Assembly (NCBI GenBank): GCA_964016885.1
Contig: OZ024742.1
Span: forward strand, 290,470,001 to 290,534,000
DNA length: 64,000 bases
From: Eledone cirrhosa
Lineage: Eukaryota
Direction: 5' to 3'
Part shown: positions 1 through 13,517 of the stretch, piece after piece
Layout of the letters: each line of letters starts with the position of its first letter
Position numbering within the stretch: the stretch's first letter is position 1
Notes under the pieces: generated by a model
Seen by the model: the letters and a program-made list of their open reading frames with translations, nothing else
Told to the model about the DNA's origin: nothing
Database searches by the model: none
Program-made: the position numbers and the translations under genes

Positions 1-3000
1 CGGAAGGCATCGGTTTGCCTCCACGATCCGAGTTGCAAGCCGATGGACTTTACCCGGTTCAGCTTCGCTCCTGTGAACCTTTTGTATTCCTTCAGTAAGG
101 TGCCAACGTCCTCAATTTGCGAGGTGCTCGACACCATTATTGTTACGTCGTCGGCGTAGGCCGATGCCGCTTTCCGCAGTCCCGGTTCCAGAGGGATGCC
201 CTACAATAGCTCCAACTTCCGCAGTAGTGGCTCGAGAATCAGTACGTACAGAAGGGAGGAGAGAGGGCATATTTGTCGAATGGATCGCATGATATGGAAC
301 GACTCTGAGAGGTAGCTGTTCACCTTGACCCTTGAACAGATGCTGCTGTTGTGCATTGCAGCAATCCAGCCCCTGAACATGGGTCCAAAGCCTGCCGCCT
401 CGAACACCGCATTCAGGTAACGATGGTCAACCCTATCGAAAGCCTTAGATTGATCCAAGTTGATCAGGGCCCCACCGAGTTTACACCCTACCCTCTCTAT
501 GATGTATCGCATGAGGTGGAGGTTGTCGTGTATGGACCTGGTCGGGATTGTGCATGTCTGCGCTTCTCCCACCAGGTTTTCGACGACAAGCGCCAGCCTC
601 TTTGCCAACACCTTGGCCAAAAGCTGTAACTCTGTGTTTAGCAGAGTTATGGGCGGAAGTTGCCTATGTCATCCCCCTTATTCTCGTCCTTCCTGACTAG
701 TGTGACTACGCCCCTGGTCACAGAACTGGGAATTCTCCTGTTCTGCTGCCAGTTGCAGTAGACCGGAGAACAAGTCCGGCATTTCTACGTAAAATACGTA
801 GGGTAGACCGTCGAGACCTGGAGATTTGCGTTTGTCGCATTGGCTCAGCACATCCCCTATCTCAGCGTCTGAAATCGACTTTTCGCAGAACTTCACCTCG
901 CTGTCCGAGAGTCGCGGTACGCCGTTGAGATATGGACCAAAATCCATAGCCCCTCCCGGCGCGCTGCCCTGCTCGAACAGCTGAGCAAAGTGCCGCTGAA
1001 AGGCCGCGCACATCTGCTTCGGCTCACGTATCACGTGTCCGTCTTGGTCCTTCAAAGACCGAATTGTGGACTTGTTGCCACTTTTTGCCTCCATCACCTA
1101 GGCCCAGCTAACAGCTTTGGCTCCCTCGTTACCCAGAGCACGTATTTTGCTTCTGACAACGCAGCCCTCATGCTTTGTGTCGAAGAACTGGTCCAAGGCC
1201 GTTCTCGTTGCTAGCACGCTGGTTACGTTTCCACTTCTAATTGCCTCTTCTACTTTATCTATCAGTTCCTTCTCGGTACTATTTCTATTTAACGTTAATT
1301 CTTTACTAAAAACTAGCGAGTCTAATCTAACTGCCCTCGTAAGAGAGTACCACCATCTGTTGTTGACAACGGCCCCTGTCAAGTGCTGTTTAACTAAAGT
1401 GCTAATTCGCCTACTGTAGGCTTTGCATGTCGGTAATGACATGTTCAGCTTCCAGTAGCCGGGTCCTTGTCTATGGGTTCTATCAAGGTTGACCATGCAG
1501 GTCACTAGTTTGGGATCTGAATAGGCAACCTTGAACATTTGTGGACAGCTTAACATGTCCCTATCTTTATTTCTAACTAGAACCCTATCTAGGTACGATC
1601 TAGATGTTCCGCTGCGATTAGTCCACGCCCACAGTGGCACAGTCGGAAAATCTAGTCGATATCTATCGGCCAGGTCAAATCGGCCGATTAACTGTTTGAG
1701 GCTGTTACACCCCCCTTTATCAGGACATGCTCCCACATAGTCCCAACGTGCATCTAGGATTCCATTCCCCCACTAAAAGCAAGGAGTGGACGTTCCCATA
1801 AAAGTCTCTAGACGTTTGAAGATGTCTGGCTATGGTGTCCCGGATGGGGCATATATAGCCACCAGCCTGAAGGCTCCACCTTCACTACCGTCAACGTCTA
1901 AGACCACCAGTCGACCCACAAGGTCCAGATGTATCGTCTGTGTTACGACTTCCAGGTGTTTCCGCAGCAAAACGGCAAACCCGCCCCCACCTCCCAGCTG
2001 ACAGAGAGATACGTAGATCTCAAAGTCGTCGAAGATGGAAGCCAGCTGTCGCCCGCTGTGGATCCTGGACTCGCAAATGGCTACTAATCCATACTGTGCG
2101 ACCTGAGGTTGTTTAAGAGTTTGCCCTGTTTCCAGGTCATCCCCAGGCCGCGTACATTCACACATCCAACTCTTATATTGGCCATGTTGATGCTGCAAAG
2201 TTAAAAGAAGAGGAAAAGAAATCACTCACCTCTTCGTCTTCTGGGGACCAGGCTGCACAATGTCCATGGGGGTGTTGGAGGGGTTGTTTGGTAGGGTGGT
2301 GGTTCCTGGCGGGGTGGTGAGGGGTTGCTGGTAGGGTGGGGGTGGGGAAATGTTTCAAGAGGACGCGGTTCGTTGGTTTAAAACACATATTCCCTACATC
2401 CTCAGCAAAGTTTTCCTTTAAGGACTTATAGATGTCCGTAAGAACCCTAATCATCCTTAAATTAGGTTTGTCTTTACATTTGGTAAAATATTTCTCTTCG
2501 GTTTCCACGGAAGGGTTTTTGGAGATGACCTCCATCAAGATTTCATTGTCAGTGTTTATGTATGTATAATATTTTTGTTGTGTTGTGTTAGTTTTTGTCT
2601 GTTGTTCTTGTGTGTGTTTTCGTTTTGTTGTGGGTATTTGTGTTTGGAGTGTTGTCATTGTTTTGTTTTCGGGAGGGGGGATTTTTGTTTGTAATGTTTG
2701 TGTTGTTTGTGTTGGTGGGTGTGTGTTTGTTGCCTTTTTGTTCGTGTTATGTCTCTTTTTCTTTTTTTTGGAGCGGAGGGGTTCTCCTTCATCATCACTG
2801 ACTGATGATGAGGGGGGCCTCATCCGTTGTGGTGTCTGTGTTATTTGGAAGGGATATGTTTTGGGGAGCTGTTGTGTTTGTGGGTGTTTTTGCAGTGGTT
2901 TTAAGTGGAGTGGGGTTGGGTGGGACTGTGCTTGCAGTTTGGTTTGTTGTTCTTGTTTTGATTATGTCTGTGTGTTGTTGTTGTTGTTGTTGTTGTTGTT

Positions 3001-3281
3001 GCAATGGTGGTTGTGTTGTTGTTTTGGGTGTTGGCAGTAGTGCCTCTTGTTTTTTCGTAGTTAGCTGAGGACAGTAAGCCTTCAGGTGACCACTGCTTAA
3101 GCAGTGGTAACATGAAGGCCGCCTACCCTCAACAGAAATATTTATGTATGAAATCCCATCCAGAGGCATACGTTGGGGTATTTTAGCTATCCGTTCTGGC
3201 CTCATTTGGACCAGAACTTCCAGGCTTGTACCATTGAATGTGCCTCTGGAGGACTTTCCCACCAAAATGATGGTGTCTTCA
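1..3281 (-). mobile_element. Degenerate Tx1/L1-clade non-LTR retrotransposon (ORF1 with CCHC knuckle; ORF2 APE endonuclease + RT fragments), continuing past the window start
   Basis: ORF 2795..3265 has CYHCLSSGHLKAYC (CCHC). 1830..2225 and 1098..1736 have APE motifs (AIYAP, SYLDRVLV, GPGYWKLN). 678..1097 has KSPGLDGLP and 201..620 has LDQSKAFDRVDH. YADDV lies at ~143-159 on the - strand. Multiple frameshifts/stops; 5' end abuts (TAGA)n at ~3283. Confidence 0.9.
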
Positions 3282-4005
3282 ATAGATAGATAGATAGATA
3301 TGTTATAAATAGATAGATAGATAGAGAGATAGATATGTTATAAATAGATAGATAGATATGTTATAAATAGATAGAGAGATAGATATGTATTACAAATTAT
3401 CAAAGCATCGGGCAATTTTGAAAACATGAGAACCTGAAACACAGAAAAATAAGCAGAACAACAGTCAATCACTATAAATAAGAACTTAGAAAATCGAATA
3501 AAATATTCTTAGAGTTGGCAAAAAGTTGCCAGCAGCTACTATGAAGAAACGAACTCTGTATCTTTTGAATTACAGCTGAGTGCTTTTACTATTAAGCTAA
3601 GGGATGAGAAAATAAGTGTTATAATTTATAAGTGCTGAGTGATTTTGAAAATGTGTGAATCCTAAAAGCAGAATAACTGTAACGATAGTTGATTGCTATG
3701 AATATATGGAAATATATTGATTCCAGTAGTATGAAAAATAAAACAGTTAGGTTGTGAAAATGATGTGTAAGTGGCTTTCAGCATTCAACAGGCACGTGCA
3801 CCCTTGACATAATTCTAAGGGAGGTTTAGTTAGACAAAGCTGGCCCTTTGAATTATAGGTACTTCTTATTTTTGCCATTCAAATGGAATGGAGCAATGTG
3901 AAATGAAGCATTACTGATTCAAATGATTGTGAGCTGACCACCTTATCCACTATACCACACACTTTTACACTTTGAAAGACTTAATACATTAAGTAAAAAA
4001 AGGTA

Positions 4006-4130
4006 CATAATTTATTTTGTATAGAAATGATATCTACAGGGCTAGCACTGTTTTATTTGTTTGAATGATGATTTCAACTGAATAAAACAGTGCCAGTCCT
4101 GTAGAAGTCATTTCTATCCAAAATGAATTT
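4006..4130. repeat. Short imperfect palindrome (~50-bp arms)
   Basis: ATAGAAATGATATCTACAGGGCTAGCACTGTTTTATT is nearly the reverse complement of AATAAAACAGTGCCAGTCCTGTAGAAGTCATTTCTAT. Confidence 0.7.
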
Positions 4131-4714
4131 ATATATATACATAAACAGCCAAGTTCACACTATATGCAAATGAGCATTTCCAACTGATGTTTTCTATTTG
4201 CTATATGCAGTATGCGTTGAATGTGTGCCATTGTTAAAAGATTAACAAATCTTGAAACAGCACTGTCTGACATTCTCAAAACCATACTGGCAACTTTGTG
4301 ATATATTCACAGAGGAAAATAGAAAAAATATAATCTTTTTGTTAAGAAAACATATTTTTCTTTGACAGCAAAGCTACCCAAATGTTTATTGTAGATAAAG
4401 GTATAATGTATATTTATATGTGTTTTCATATACATTTCCATTATACTTAAAAGCTGTCTTAGTGCTACAGACAATTAAATGTACCGTATATACTCGAATA
4501 TAATCCAAGGAATATGTAACCAAAAAATCGATGGTAAAATGTGGGATCAGCTTATATTCGGGATCAATATTTTGACGATTTTCACCAACTTCCAATCTTA
4601 CATAAATAAGATGCTAAAATATCTGAAATGTTTTTCTACATTTCCTCTATTGTCAGGAGTTTTATTTATAGATTGTCTTAAGAACATTCCCACAAAATTT
4701 CATCATTTGAACTT

Positions 4715-4930
4715 GGGTGGTGGATTGGCAGTATCGGTAGAGTGTCAACACCATGGTTTGCAGCATAGTTATGGCCCTTTACGTTCTGAGTTCAAATCCT
4801 GTCGAGGTTAGCTTTGCTTGTCATCATTACAGGGTCGATAAATTAAAGTACAAGTAATGCACTGGGGTTGATTTAATCGACCCCCCCCCATAAAAAATTA
4901 CCTGCCTTGTGCCTAAAGTAGAAACAATTA
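4715..4930 (+). mobile_element. tRNA-derived SINE
   Basis: Box A-like TGGCAGTATCGG and box B-like GTTCAAATC; same family as the minus-strand copies at ~9390-9525 and 39944-40128. Confidence 0.7.
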
Positions 4931-5591
4931 TTTGAGCTTTTTAATACATAAATATCACCTACACATACATGCACATGTGTACATAAACACTGACTGTTTT
5001 TCTCTATAACTTATGTAAATATACCTTTTCTTTCAATCTTGTTTGGTTTTATCTTCATCAGTCTCTCTCCCGTCTCTTTCGTCCTTTCTTTTCCTCCCTC
5101 TGTCTCTCCTCTCTGTCTTGCTTACTGTAAAAAATCTACCTGAAGCTTCAATACTTGTAGAACATAACATTTTTTTCCAAGAGTTTCACAATACGGATTT
5201 CATTTGATGTGTATATTAAATAAATTTCTGTTACATTCAGGAGATTGTGCTATTGTCTTCTTAGAAAAAAAAAGTAAAATACTCCCAGTATGTCAGTGGC
5301 CAGAGAAGTAAAAAAAAAATTCGAAAAACTTGAAACTTTATAAAATTACTGGATTTGTGAAACAAAAACTATACTCTAAATGACACTTACAACATTTAAA
5401 TATTAAAACTTTCTAAATATTTTCTCCACTCATGAGAATTTGAAAACAGCACCATAATATCTTGATTAGCTGCCTCAGCTTATAAACGAGGTTTCTCATA
5501 CATAAAATAGTGTGGGGAGGTCATCTTATATTTGAGTATATATGTTATATATATTTTGTGTAAAAATATTACTAAAGCAAACTATTTGCAG

Positions 5592-5840
5592 GTGGACAAG
5601 TAATTCAGTATGAGTCTGATACGATCATGCAGGCAAGACGCAGCGAAGTGCCAACTGGTCATGTTGTTTCTACAAGCGCTGGCAAACTCAAATGTAAAAC
5701 TATCATCCATGCAATTGGACCTGTTTGGTATGGTGGCCATAAAAGGGAATTGTTTTTTCTTGAGAGTGTTGTTAAAAATTGTCTGAAATTTCTGGATGAA
5801 CATTCTTATACATCAATTGCAATTCCAGCTATCAGTACAG
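5592..5840 (+). CDS. Exon A of macrodomain (PARP9/14/15-like) gene; central part of first visible macrodomain
   Basis: ttgcag acceptor, gtgagt donor, 249 nt, phase 1-1. Translates (G)GQVIQYESD...GHVVSTSAGKLKCKTIIHAIGPVW...SIAIPAIST(G), typical macrodomain motifs. Confidence 0.92.
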
Positions 5841-7069
5841 GTGAGTGTTCAGCATTTTTAATATTATTCTGTTTAAAATATTACAGAGGAGTGATGGGAA
5901 TAGAACAGTGATAAATGAGATGGTTGGGTTATGTTTTGAGGATGGATAAAAGTGTTTTGGTGATAGGAGTGATGGAAATAGTCAGTGATGAATGTTGTGA
6001 AGAAAAATGGGATGGCTGGATTGTGTGTTAAGGAAGGATGAAAGTGAGAGGAATAGAACCAATGATAAGTATTGTGAAGAGACATGGAATAAGATGTTTG
6101 GATCGTGTTTTGAGATGTTTATTTTAAAGAGTGTGTATTTATCTAAAAACTTCCATTATAATTCTATAAAAACCTTTAAGTTTTGTTTCAAACACCAGCT
6201 TAATAATGAAAAAGTTATATCACTAAATTTCTCCAAATTCATAATCATTAATATTTTCAAAATGATTTAAAAATCATAAGTAGTGTGTTTCATTAAAAAT
6301 ATAGTAGTAAAATGATTAAAGTGTTTATATTTATCTAAAACCCTTCCATTATAATTTTATGTAAGGATATTGGTATAGTTGTTCCAAACTTCAGCTTAAT
6401 AACGAGAAAGTTAGTTATATTACTTAATCCATCCAAATTCTTGATTATTTAAAAAGTTATTTGAAAATCCTAGGCAGTGTCTTTCATTAGCAATATTATA
6501 ACAAATTGTTTAAAAATACATGGATATACTAGATAAATCCAATAGGGTTGTCATGCTTAGAATAACAGTCAAATAGTATCAAGACAACACACAGACACCT
6601 GTGTTCCACCAAATGTAGATGAAATCTAAAAGTGATGATTCTACATGAAAAAGATTTTAACTATTTTGTTACCATATTTCTAATGAAAGCTAATAAAAGG
6701 TGAGGCAGACATGTCAAGAATTGCTGAGCTCTTTGGAGTGAGAACTAGCAGACATGGCTCTGGTTTGAAAGAAGGCTCTTGACAGGGCTTACGATTGTGA
6801 TGGGTAGATATCTGATCACTCAATGTTCTATAGGAGAAACCCACTCACTCCTCACTTGCACATAACTCACCACTCACATGTCACTCATCACCCACTCCTC
6901 ACTCATTCCTCACTTGTACATAACTCACCACTCACATGTCATTAGCTGGTATCTGGAAGATAAGTGGTTCAATTCCTCACAGCAGTCGTTGGCAAATTCT
7001 TTTTCCATCTTTTAAGAGTCTTCACCATATTTTATAAGCTATGTTTATAGCATTTCTGTGCTTGAGCAC

Positions 7070-8239
7070 TGTTGTGCGTTCTAATATTGCAAAACTATAG
7101 CTCCAATTCCAAGCTTTTATTCAATATCTAGAATATAAAAACAGTAATTAGTCTTGAAGAAATATAACAATAATATTTGTAAGAAAAGAAAGATATGCAA
7201 TAAAACAAAGTTATATTGAGGATAGATGAACTTCATAACATTCTTCGCCGATTTTATTGTTCTTCAATATAGCGCTTGGGGGCTACGCGTATACGATTGC
7301 TTCGTCTCACGGGGTCAACAGGAACTTGCGGTAGGATGCTAGTGCTATTTGTCACGGGATTTAAATCAATCACGGTTTCATCTAAGAGTAGATCGTTACT
7401 GTGGTCGATGTTAAGTGGTCTCGGCATATCAGCAGGACTGCTAATCGAACTGTTTTCTTGGATGGATTGATTGTCATTATTTTGACAATTAATTGGGCCA
7501 GGGGAGAGGTCTGCTGTTGAGACTGTACTAGATCTTCCATTTTGATATCTGACAACCGCGAAATTAGCATTCACCATCTGTTCGATAATAACTTTATTCA
7601 CTAATGGGTCGTTCTTTGTACGAATAAAGTTTCTAATATAGGCGTCGTTTCCAACTCTAAGCCAATCTGGTAGGGAAAATCCTAAGGAACCCTTTCGATC
7701 GAATCTAAATATATGGTTATGGGGTGTCTCATTAGTCACTGTACAGAGAAGTGATTGTTGCGAGGCAAGGACTTCTGGTATGATATCTTCCCACTTAGTT
7801 TCTTTAAGTTTGCGCGAGTTAATTATGCATTGAATTCCTTTCCAGAGGACTCCGTTGTAGCGCTCGTTTTGGCCATTTCCTTGTGGATGGTACGGCGAAG
7901 TGCGCGTGTGGGATATACCATTGGATAAGCAGAAATGATCGAATTCTTTGGAGAGAAACTGAGTTCCTCGATCGAAGTGTATGAATGAGGGAGCTTCGAA
8001 TATTGAGAAGATTTGTTTGAGACAGTTAATGACAGTGTTTGAGGTGATGTCACACATACCGAAAGCAAAAGGGAATCTGCTGAATTCGTCTACTGCAGTA
8101 AATAAGTATATGTTTCCTGCTTATATCTAGAATATAAAAACAGTAATTAGTCTTGAAGAAATATAACAATAATATTTGTAAGAAAAGAAGGATATGCAAT
8201 AAAACAAAGTTATATTGAGGATAGATGAACTTCATAACA
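7070..8239 (-). mobile_element. Internally deleted Ty3/gypsy-type LTR retrotransposon (integrase only) with 5-bp TSD AGCAC
   Basis: TG...CA termini; AGCAC at 7065-7069 and 8240-8244. Complete 171-bp 3' LTR at 7070-7240; its part 7124-7240 recurs at 8123-8239 with 1 mismatch. Purine-rich tract precedes the 3' LTR. Integrase ORF 7254..8057 (DRGTQF, YHPQGNGQNER) is the last domain. Confidence 0.9.
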
Positions 8240-8254
8240 AGCACTTTCTTTATA

Positions 8255-8291
<37 letters not shown>

Positions 8292-8392
8292 TTGTATATT
8301 CTTAGTGCTTCAAAAGCCGAAAATTTGACTTTGTACGTTGTTTTTATTAGAAATATATTTTTTTTAAATTAAAAATTTTTTTCTTTCCCCAG

Positions 8393-8566
8393 GAATTTTT
8401 GGAATCCCCATTGAAGAAGGAACCAAATGTATAGTGAAGTCTATTAAGTTTTATTTTGATAATGTCAATTCTAATATAAATCACATCTGTTTGATTGATT
8501 TGAGGAAAGAGGTTATTAGACATTTTAAGCTTCATCTTGAAAGATTGTTTGGAATTGCTGTAAAAG
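8393..8566 (+). CDS. Exon B: C-terminal part of first macrodomain
   Basis: ttctttccccag acceptor, gtagg donor, 174 nt, phase 1-1. Splicing to exon A restores PAISTG-IFG, followed by IPIEEGTKCIVKSIK...HICLID...LFGIAVK. Confidence 0.9.
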
Positions 8567-9285
8567 GTAGGATTTGCTATTTATTCTTTTATTATTTTAC
8601 TGATTTCAGACATTATATTGTAACCATGTTAAGGCTCTGCCTTGTAGGAATTTAGTTGGTCATACCAGACCCCCCCCCCTTCCCGAGTGCTTAGTTTTTC
8701 AAGTCTGGTACTTATTTTATTGATCACTTTTTTATTTTTTTCAGTTGACCTGATAAGTTACAGGATATGAACACAGACACAAATGCAGGCACAGATATTC
8801 ATACACATACAATACACACACACACAAATATATGAAGGATTTCTGCAGTTTCCGTCTAACAAATTCTACTCATAAGGAACTGGTCAACCCTATAGTAGCA
8901 GACACTTGCCCAAGGTGCTGTGCAATAGAACTGAATCAAAAAGCACTTAGTCACGTCTACATTTATTTATTAAAATATTTTAATGACTTACTCTATTTTC
9001 CAAGTAAAAAGGTTTACTCTTTTGCACCCAATAAATGTTATGTCTTAAATCTACCTATATCTTATTCACATCTAAAAACGGCCCCCTTTTAGTCATAACT
9101 ACCCGTGGGTTTACACTTGGGAAGTTAAAAAGTCTGTATCTGATTCACTTCTGTGTATTCTGTGTTCAAATCCCACCTCATTCTGCTAAAGGATGCTACT
9201 GGCAGACAGTATCATCAGAGTTTAATATCAAAATCTATATGTATCCTGTATACAACAATTTCCACTAAGGAACAAGACCACCAAT

Positions 9286-9314
9286 TTTTATTTTTATTTT
9301 TATTTTTATTTTTA

Positions 9315-9345
<31 letters not shown>

Positions 9346-9360
9346 TTTATTTATTTTTAT
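9286..9360. repeat. (TTTTTA)n microsatellite
   Basis: Directly visible hexamer array. Confidence 0.9.
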
Positions 9361-9389
9361 TCCTGAAATTCATTCTAATCCTTGACTGA

Positions 9390-9525
9390 TACTTTATTTT
9401 ATTGACTGGAGAAGGATGAAAAGCAAAGTTGACCCCAAGGAATTTGAACTCAGAATATAAAAAGAGCCAGAGAAAATACCACAAAATATTTTGGCTGATG
9501 CTCTAACGATTCTGCCAGTCTACTA
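9390..9525 (-). mobile_element. tRNA-derived SINE fragment
   Basis: Reverse-complement similarity to 4715-4930 (GGATGAAAAGCAAAGTTGACC, TTTGAACTCAGAA, CGATTCTGCCA). Confidence 0.6.
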
Positions 9526-10477
9526 CTGTCTTTATGAATATAGTAATAATGAAGATGGTTGTGGTTGTGATGGTGATGGTATTGTGTTGTACCACCATTG
9601 GTTCTGATGAGAGAGTTCCAGTTGTTCAATCAATGAAACAGCTTGTTCTTGAAATTAACATACAATGGGCTGAGCATTCCACAAATACATGCACACTTAA
9701 CATAGTTCTCAGGAAGATTTAGCATGATAGTGGGTGATATGTTCCTTTGAATTACAGATACAACTCAATTTTTCTAGCTAAGTGGACTGGAAAAATGTGA
9801 AATAAAATGTCTTGCTCAAGGACACATAGCACCACTGGAAATCAAACTCATGACCTTATGATTGCGAATAAAACAGCTTAACCATTAAGCCATGTACCTT
9901 CACTGGTGATGGCGATAATATTAAAATAATATTTATGTACACTATACACCAGCTATGTAATATACAGGGGGCAGCAGAAATATCTTCCATAATTTACAGG
10001 ATCAACCATTAAAATGTGGCAGGTATTTTTGCCACAGCCTGTATTAGTAAAGCTGTATATTGGACAGGTATGCATAGTTTAGTACATTTTAATACCTAAT
10101 TAATACCATTATTGATATTTCTCTTGTAAAATAATTCCCCCAAAACATAACTATTTACATTTCTCCTTAATTCATGAAAAAACTGAATCAATTACAGGTA
10201 ATAGATATAGGTGAAATATTTGTAATTTATTGCAGGTCATTAAGGTAATAGAGGTAGATGAATGTATTTGTAATTATACAGTAATTGTAAGTAATAGATA
10301 AAGGTGAAAATATTTGTAAATAATCAGTAATTATTGGTAACATATTTCAATGAACACTCAGTCCTCATTAAATGTATGATTAAACCTCTACCTGTCATGA
10401 CCAATTTCTATTTTTTTTGTGCATAGTTTATATAGGAAAACATTATCCAATGTGTCATATCTTGTTAAAGACATTAA

Positions 10478-10698
10478 CCCTTTAGTATTTCCGTTACTCT
10501 ATATTTACTATTGTATTTTCACTGTAAAGGCTTTACCTCACATAATTATCTCACATAAAATCGAATCTATGAGATTTTGATTTTATTTATTTTGAGAACA
10601 ATACCTTAACATTGGTATAAGTGGCTAGTTATGGCTGGTTTAAACAGAAAGGGATGAGTGAATTCTGGCTGGATATGACCAGTTTAAATGCTGAAGGG
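10478..10698. mobile_element. piggyBac-type MITE (~221 bp)
   Basis: TTAA|CCCTTTAGTATTT ... AAATGCTGAAGGG|TTAA; termini resemble those of the piggyBac at 13518-16011. Confidence 0.75.
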
Positions 10699-11585
10699 TT
10701 AAAGTGTGATTTGTGGGAGATTCTGCAGCTGTTTCTTGGAGATGAATCAACAAGCATGTGGAATGGCCCTTTGTTGGTTTTGACAATGAGTATTCCAGGT
10801 GTTTGATCACTAGGCTAGCATGCAGGTGGTTGAGCATTTCATTGATATGTTTACCTTTAACATAATTCTTGGGAAGATTCAATGTGACACAATATGTAAT
10901 AAGGCTGGCCATCCCATAAGTTTCCAAACAGTTTCTGTCTACTTAATTTCCCTCGCCTGGCTTGGCTTGGCCCAAGGCTATGGTAAATGATACTTGCTCA
11001 AGATGTCATGCAGTGAGATTTATCCTGAGACCTAATGATTTCAAATCAAACTATTTAACCATATGGTCATGCTGTATCAACATGTAACCATATAATGGCT
11101 CTGTAATTGGCCTTGTAATATATTTTATTAGCTATTCTTACCATATGATACTGTTTAGAAACTGATAAAATTACCAGTCCTTGTTTGACCATAGAGTCAT
11201 AACTAACAAGTTTATGGGACAAACACCTGCTGATGACTATGTGTGAGTCCTATTTGCTTATGTAGTTACTGTGGATGTGCAGATATATATAACCACATGT
11301 ACAGTTGGTGTGTATTAAAAACTACTATGGACCAGGTAAACATATTTATTTTTTTCCCTGGGTATTTGTTAATGACTCCTGCAGGAGGTTCACATGTCTA
11401 TGCTATTTGTTCGTGTTCCTTTCTAATTTGAATAATGAATTGCCACTCAAAAACAATGAATTTATTTCCTGTACGATTTAGTATTGATATTTGTCTGTCT
11501 ATCTCTATTGATCTGTCTATCTATATTGATCTGTCTGTCTGTCCACCCATTGGTTGATTAATAGATAGATAGATGCATAGATATA

Positions 11586-12970
11586 TTTCTTTATTTGCCA
11601 CACGGGCGCACAAGAAAAGGGGACAATTCAAAGACACATGCCGGGGATTTTACATACAGTCGTGTAAAAAAAAAATAAATAAAACAAACAAACAATTATA
11701 ACAATCGAAATCCCCAATAGGGGGCAGACGCCACAAATGGGTTGTTTAATACCCCGTCGATAGAACAACCCTCAACTTCAGGAGCATGTTGTGCAAGTGC
11801 TCCTTTCTTCCTTTTGCTCTCTTCTTTAACCTACAAGCTTATAATCAGAAGGCCCAATCACTCGGGCCATTTTCACTTCATTCACCCACCTTTCAGTAAA
11901 TTTACTGGGGTGCAGTGCCTCTCTCTCCACTCTGATTCTTCTTCTAAAGTGATACTTAAAGAAGGCAATCAATTGTTGTCCAGAGAGAAAGGCATCTGTC
12001 CTCAGTCCTCTCAATCTCATCCACCATATAACTTCTTTCACCATAGCCACTGTACAGAGGAAAACCGCCTCTCTTTCGTTTTTGAAAGAGGCTGGCGGTT
12101 TGATCCTTACTATGGACTTGGCAGTCAACTGGATTTGTCTCATATGCAACAGCAGTTGTTTTGCATAGTTCCACAGGTCGCTTACGCCCGGGCAGTGTAC
12201 AATTGCGTGCAAGACGGTTTCAATGTCCTGCTCGCATCTTGGACACGTCCTCTTGGAACGATCCCTGCTGGGGTGTCCGTGCCTGTAGATCTTATCTCGA
12301 ACGGGTAGAACTCCTCGGTAGCACTGCCAGGCCAGGGACCTCTGGAAGTTGTCCATAGGTCCCGGGCGGAAAGTCCTACCGAACAGACTGGTGAGCTCGT
12401 CGTCTTCGATGCCTAGAGTCTCCCCGAGCACGTCGTCGCACTTGTAAAGTACTAACCCTCTATAGAATGTCGAAGTGGAGTCTCCACTGATTGCTGTGCC
12501 CGCTTGACAGAGGACTGTGAGCGCCTGGGCGCATTCAATGTGCCAGGCGCCCATCTTCTTCGATCTTCGCTTGACCCAGGGCTGCAGCTCCGTCAGCGAG
12601 ACAAGTTGTGGGAAGGCCTGTCTCACAAACGGTGCCCACACCGGTTGGTCGGTGAGGTATACCTGGAGATGCCATAGCTTCAGCGCATGTTTGCGCATCA
12701 TTAGCCACGGCATGCCCAGCCCTCCGTTGGAAGGGTGTTGACAGCAGACGGATCTCCTCACCAGTGGAGCCTGCTTCTTCCACAAGAACTGGAAGAGCAT
12801 GCGTTCCATCTTGGTGAGGTATTCACGGAGACAAGGCACGACATTCAAGCGGAAGTAGATGACGGACGCTATGAAAGTGTACGCCACCTCCGCTCGACCT
12901 TTCAAAGACAGTTTGCACTCTGCCCACTTCTGGGTGAGCGCAAATACCTTGGCCATGACCTCGTTCCAGT
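11586..12970 (-). mobile_element. 5'-truncated Tx1/L1-clade LINE (ORF2 C-terminus with zinc finger, 3' UTR) inserted in (GATA)n
   Basis: ORF 11826..13058 has GGLGMP and CPRC...ETVLHAIVHC. AATAAA lies near the 3' end (~11590, - strand). (TAGA)n flanks both sides. Confidence 0.88.
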
Positions 12971-13123
12971 AGATAGATAGATAGATGGATAGAGATAATG
13001 TACACACACGCTCACACACAGATAATGTACACACTCGCACACACACACACACATACATACATAATACTATTCTGCTATGTCAGTACCAGCCTTGTAAAAT
13101 AGTATTTTTGTGTTTATTTTCAG

Positions 13124-13248
13124 GAGGGACTCCATCAAAGACAACTGTTCCTGATTCACAACAAAAACATTTGTCTCCTAGCACCAATCTGGTATATTCA
13201 AAATATATTAATATCAAAATAATGCTTGATTCAATTTCGAATGTCTCT
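13124..13248 (+). CDS. Exon C: linker and first strands of second macrodomain
   Basis: ttttcag acceptor, gtgagt donor, 125 nt, phase 1-0; GGTPSKTTVPDSQQKHLSPSTNLVYSKYINIKIMLDSISNVS, in frame with exons B and D. Confidence 0.85.
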
Positions 13249-13517
13249 GTGAGTAAACAATTTTATATCAAATATTTAAATTTACTTATTTTATTTTCAA
13301 ATAATAAACTATTTATGTTGACTGAAACAGTAAAATGCAACCTCTAAATTTTCTTCATATAACACTGGCAATCTTTTAAACCGTTTTTCTACCAAACCAG
13401 CTGAAACTAACCCTGGTTGTATGATACAAAACTATTGGTTTTTCAAGCAATTATATTTATCTAAAAACCTTCCACCATATTTCATGCATAACTCTTAATT
13501 AAGAAACACCAGTTTAA

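Noticed and set aside
2585-3068. Cys/Val-rich + strand ORFs
   Set aside because: Antisense shadows of the CAA/ACA-rich Tx1 ORF1.
4715-4810. tRNA gene
   Set aside because: Only degenerate A/B boxes followed by SINE body; no cloverleaf.
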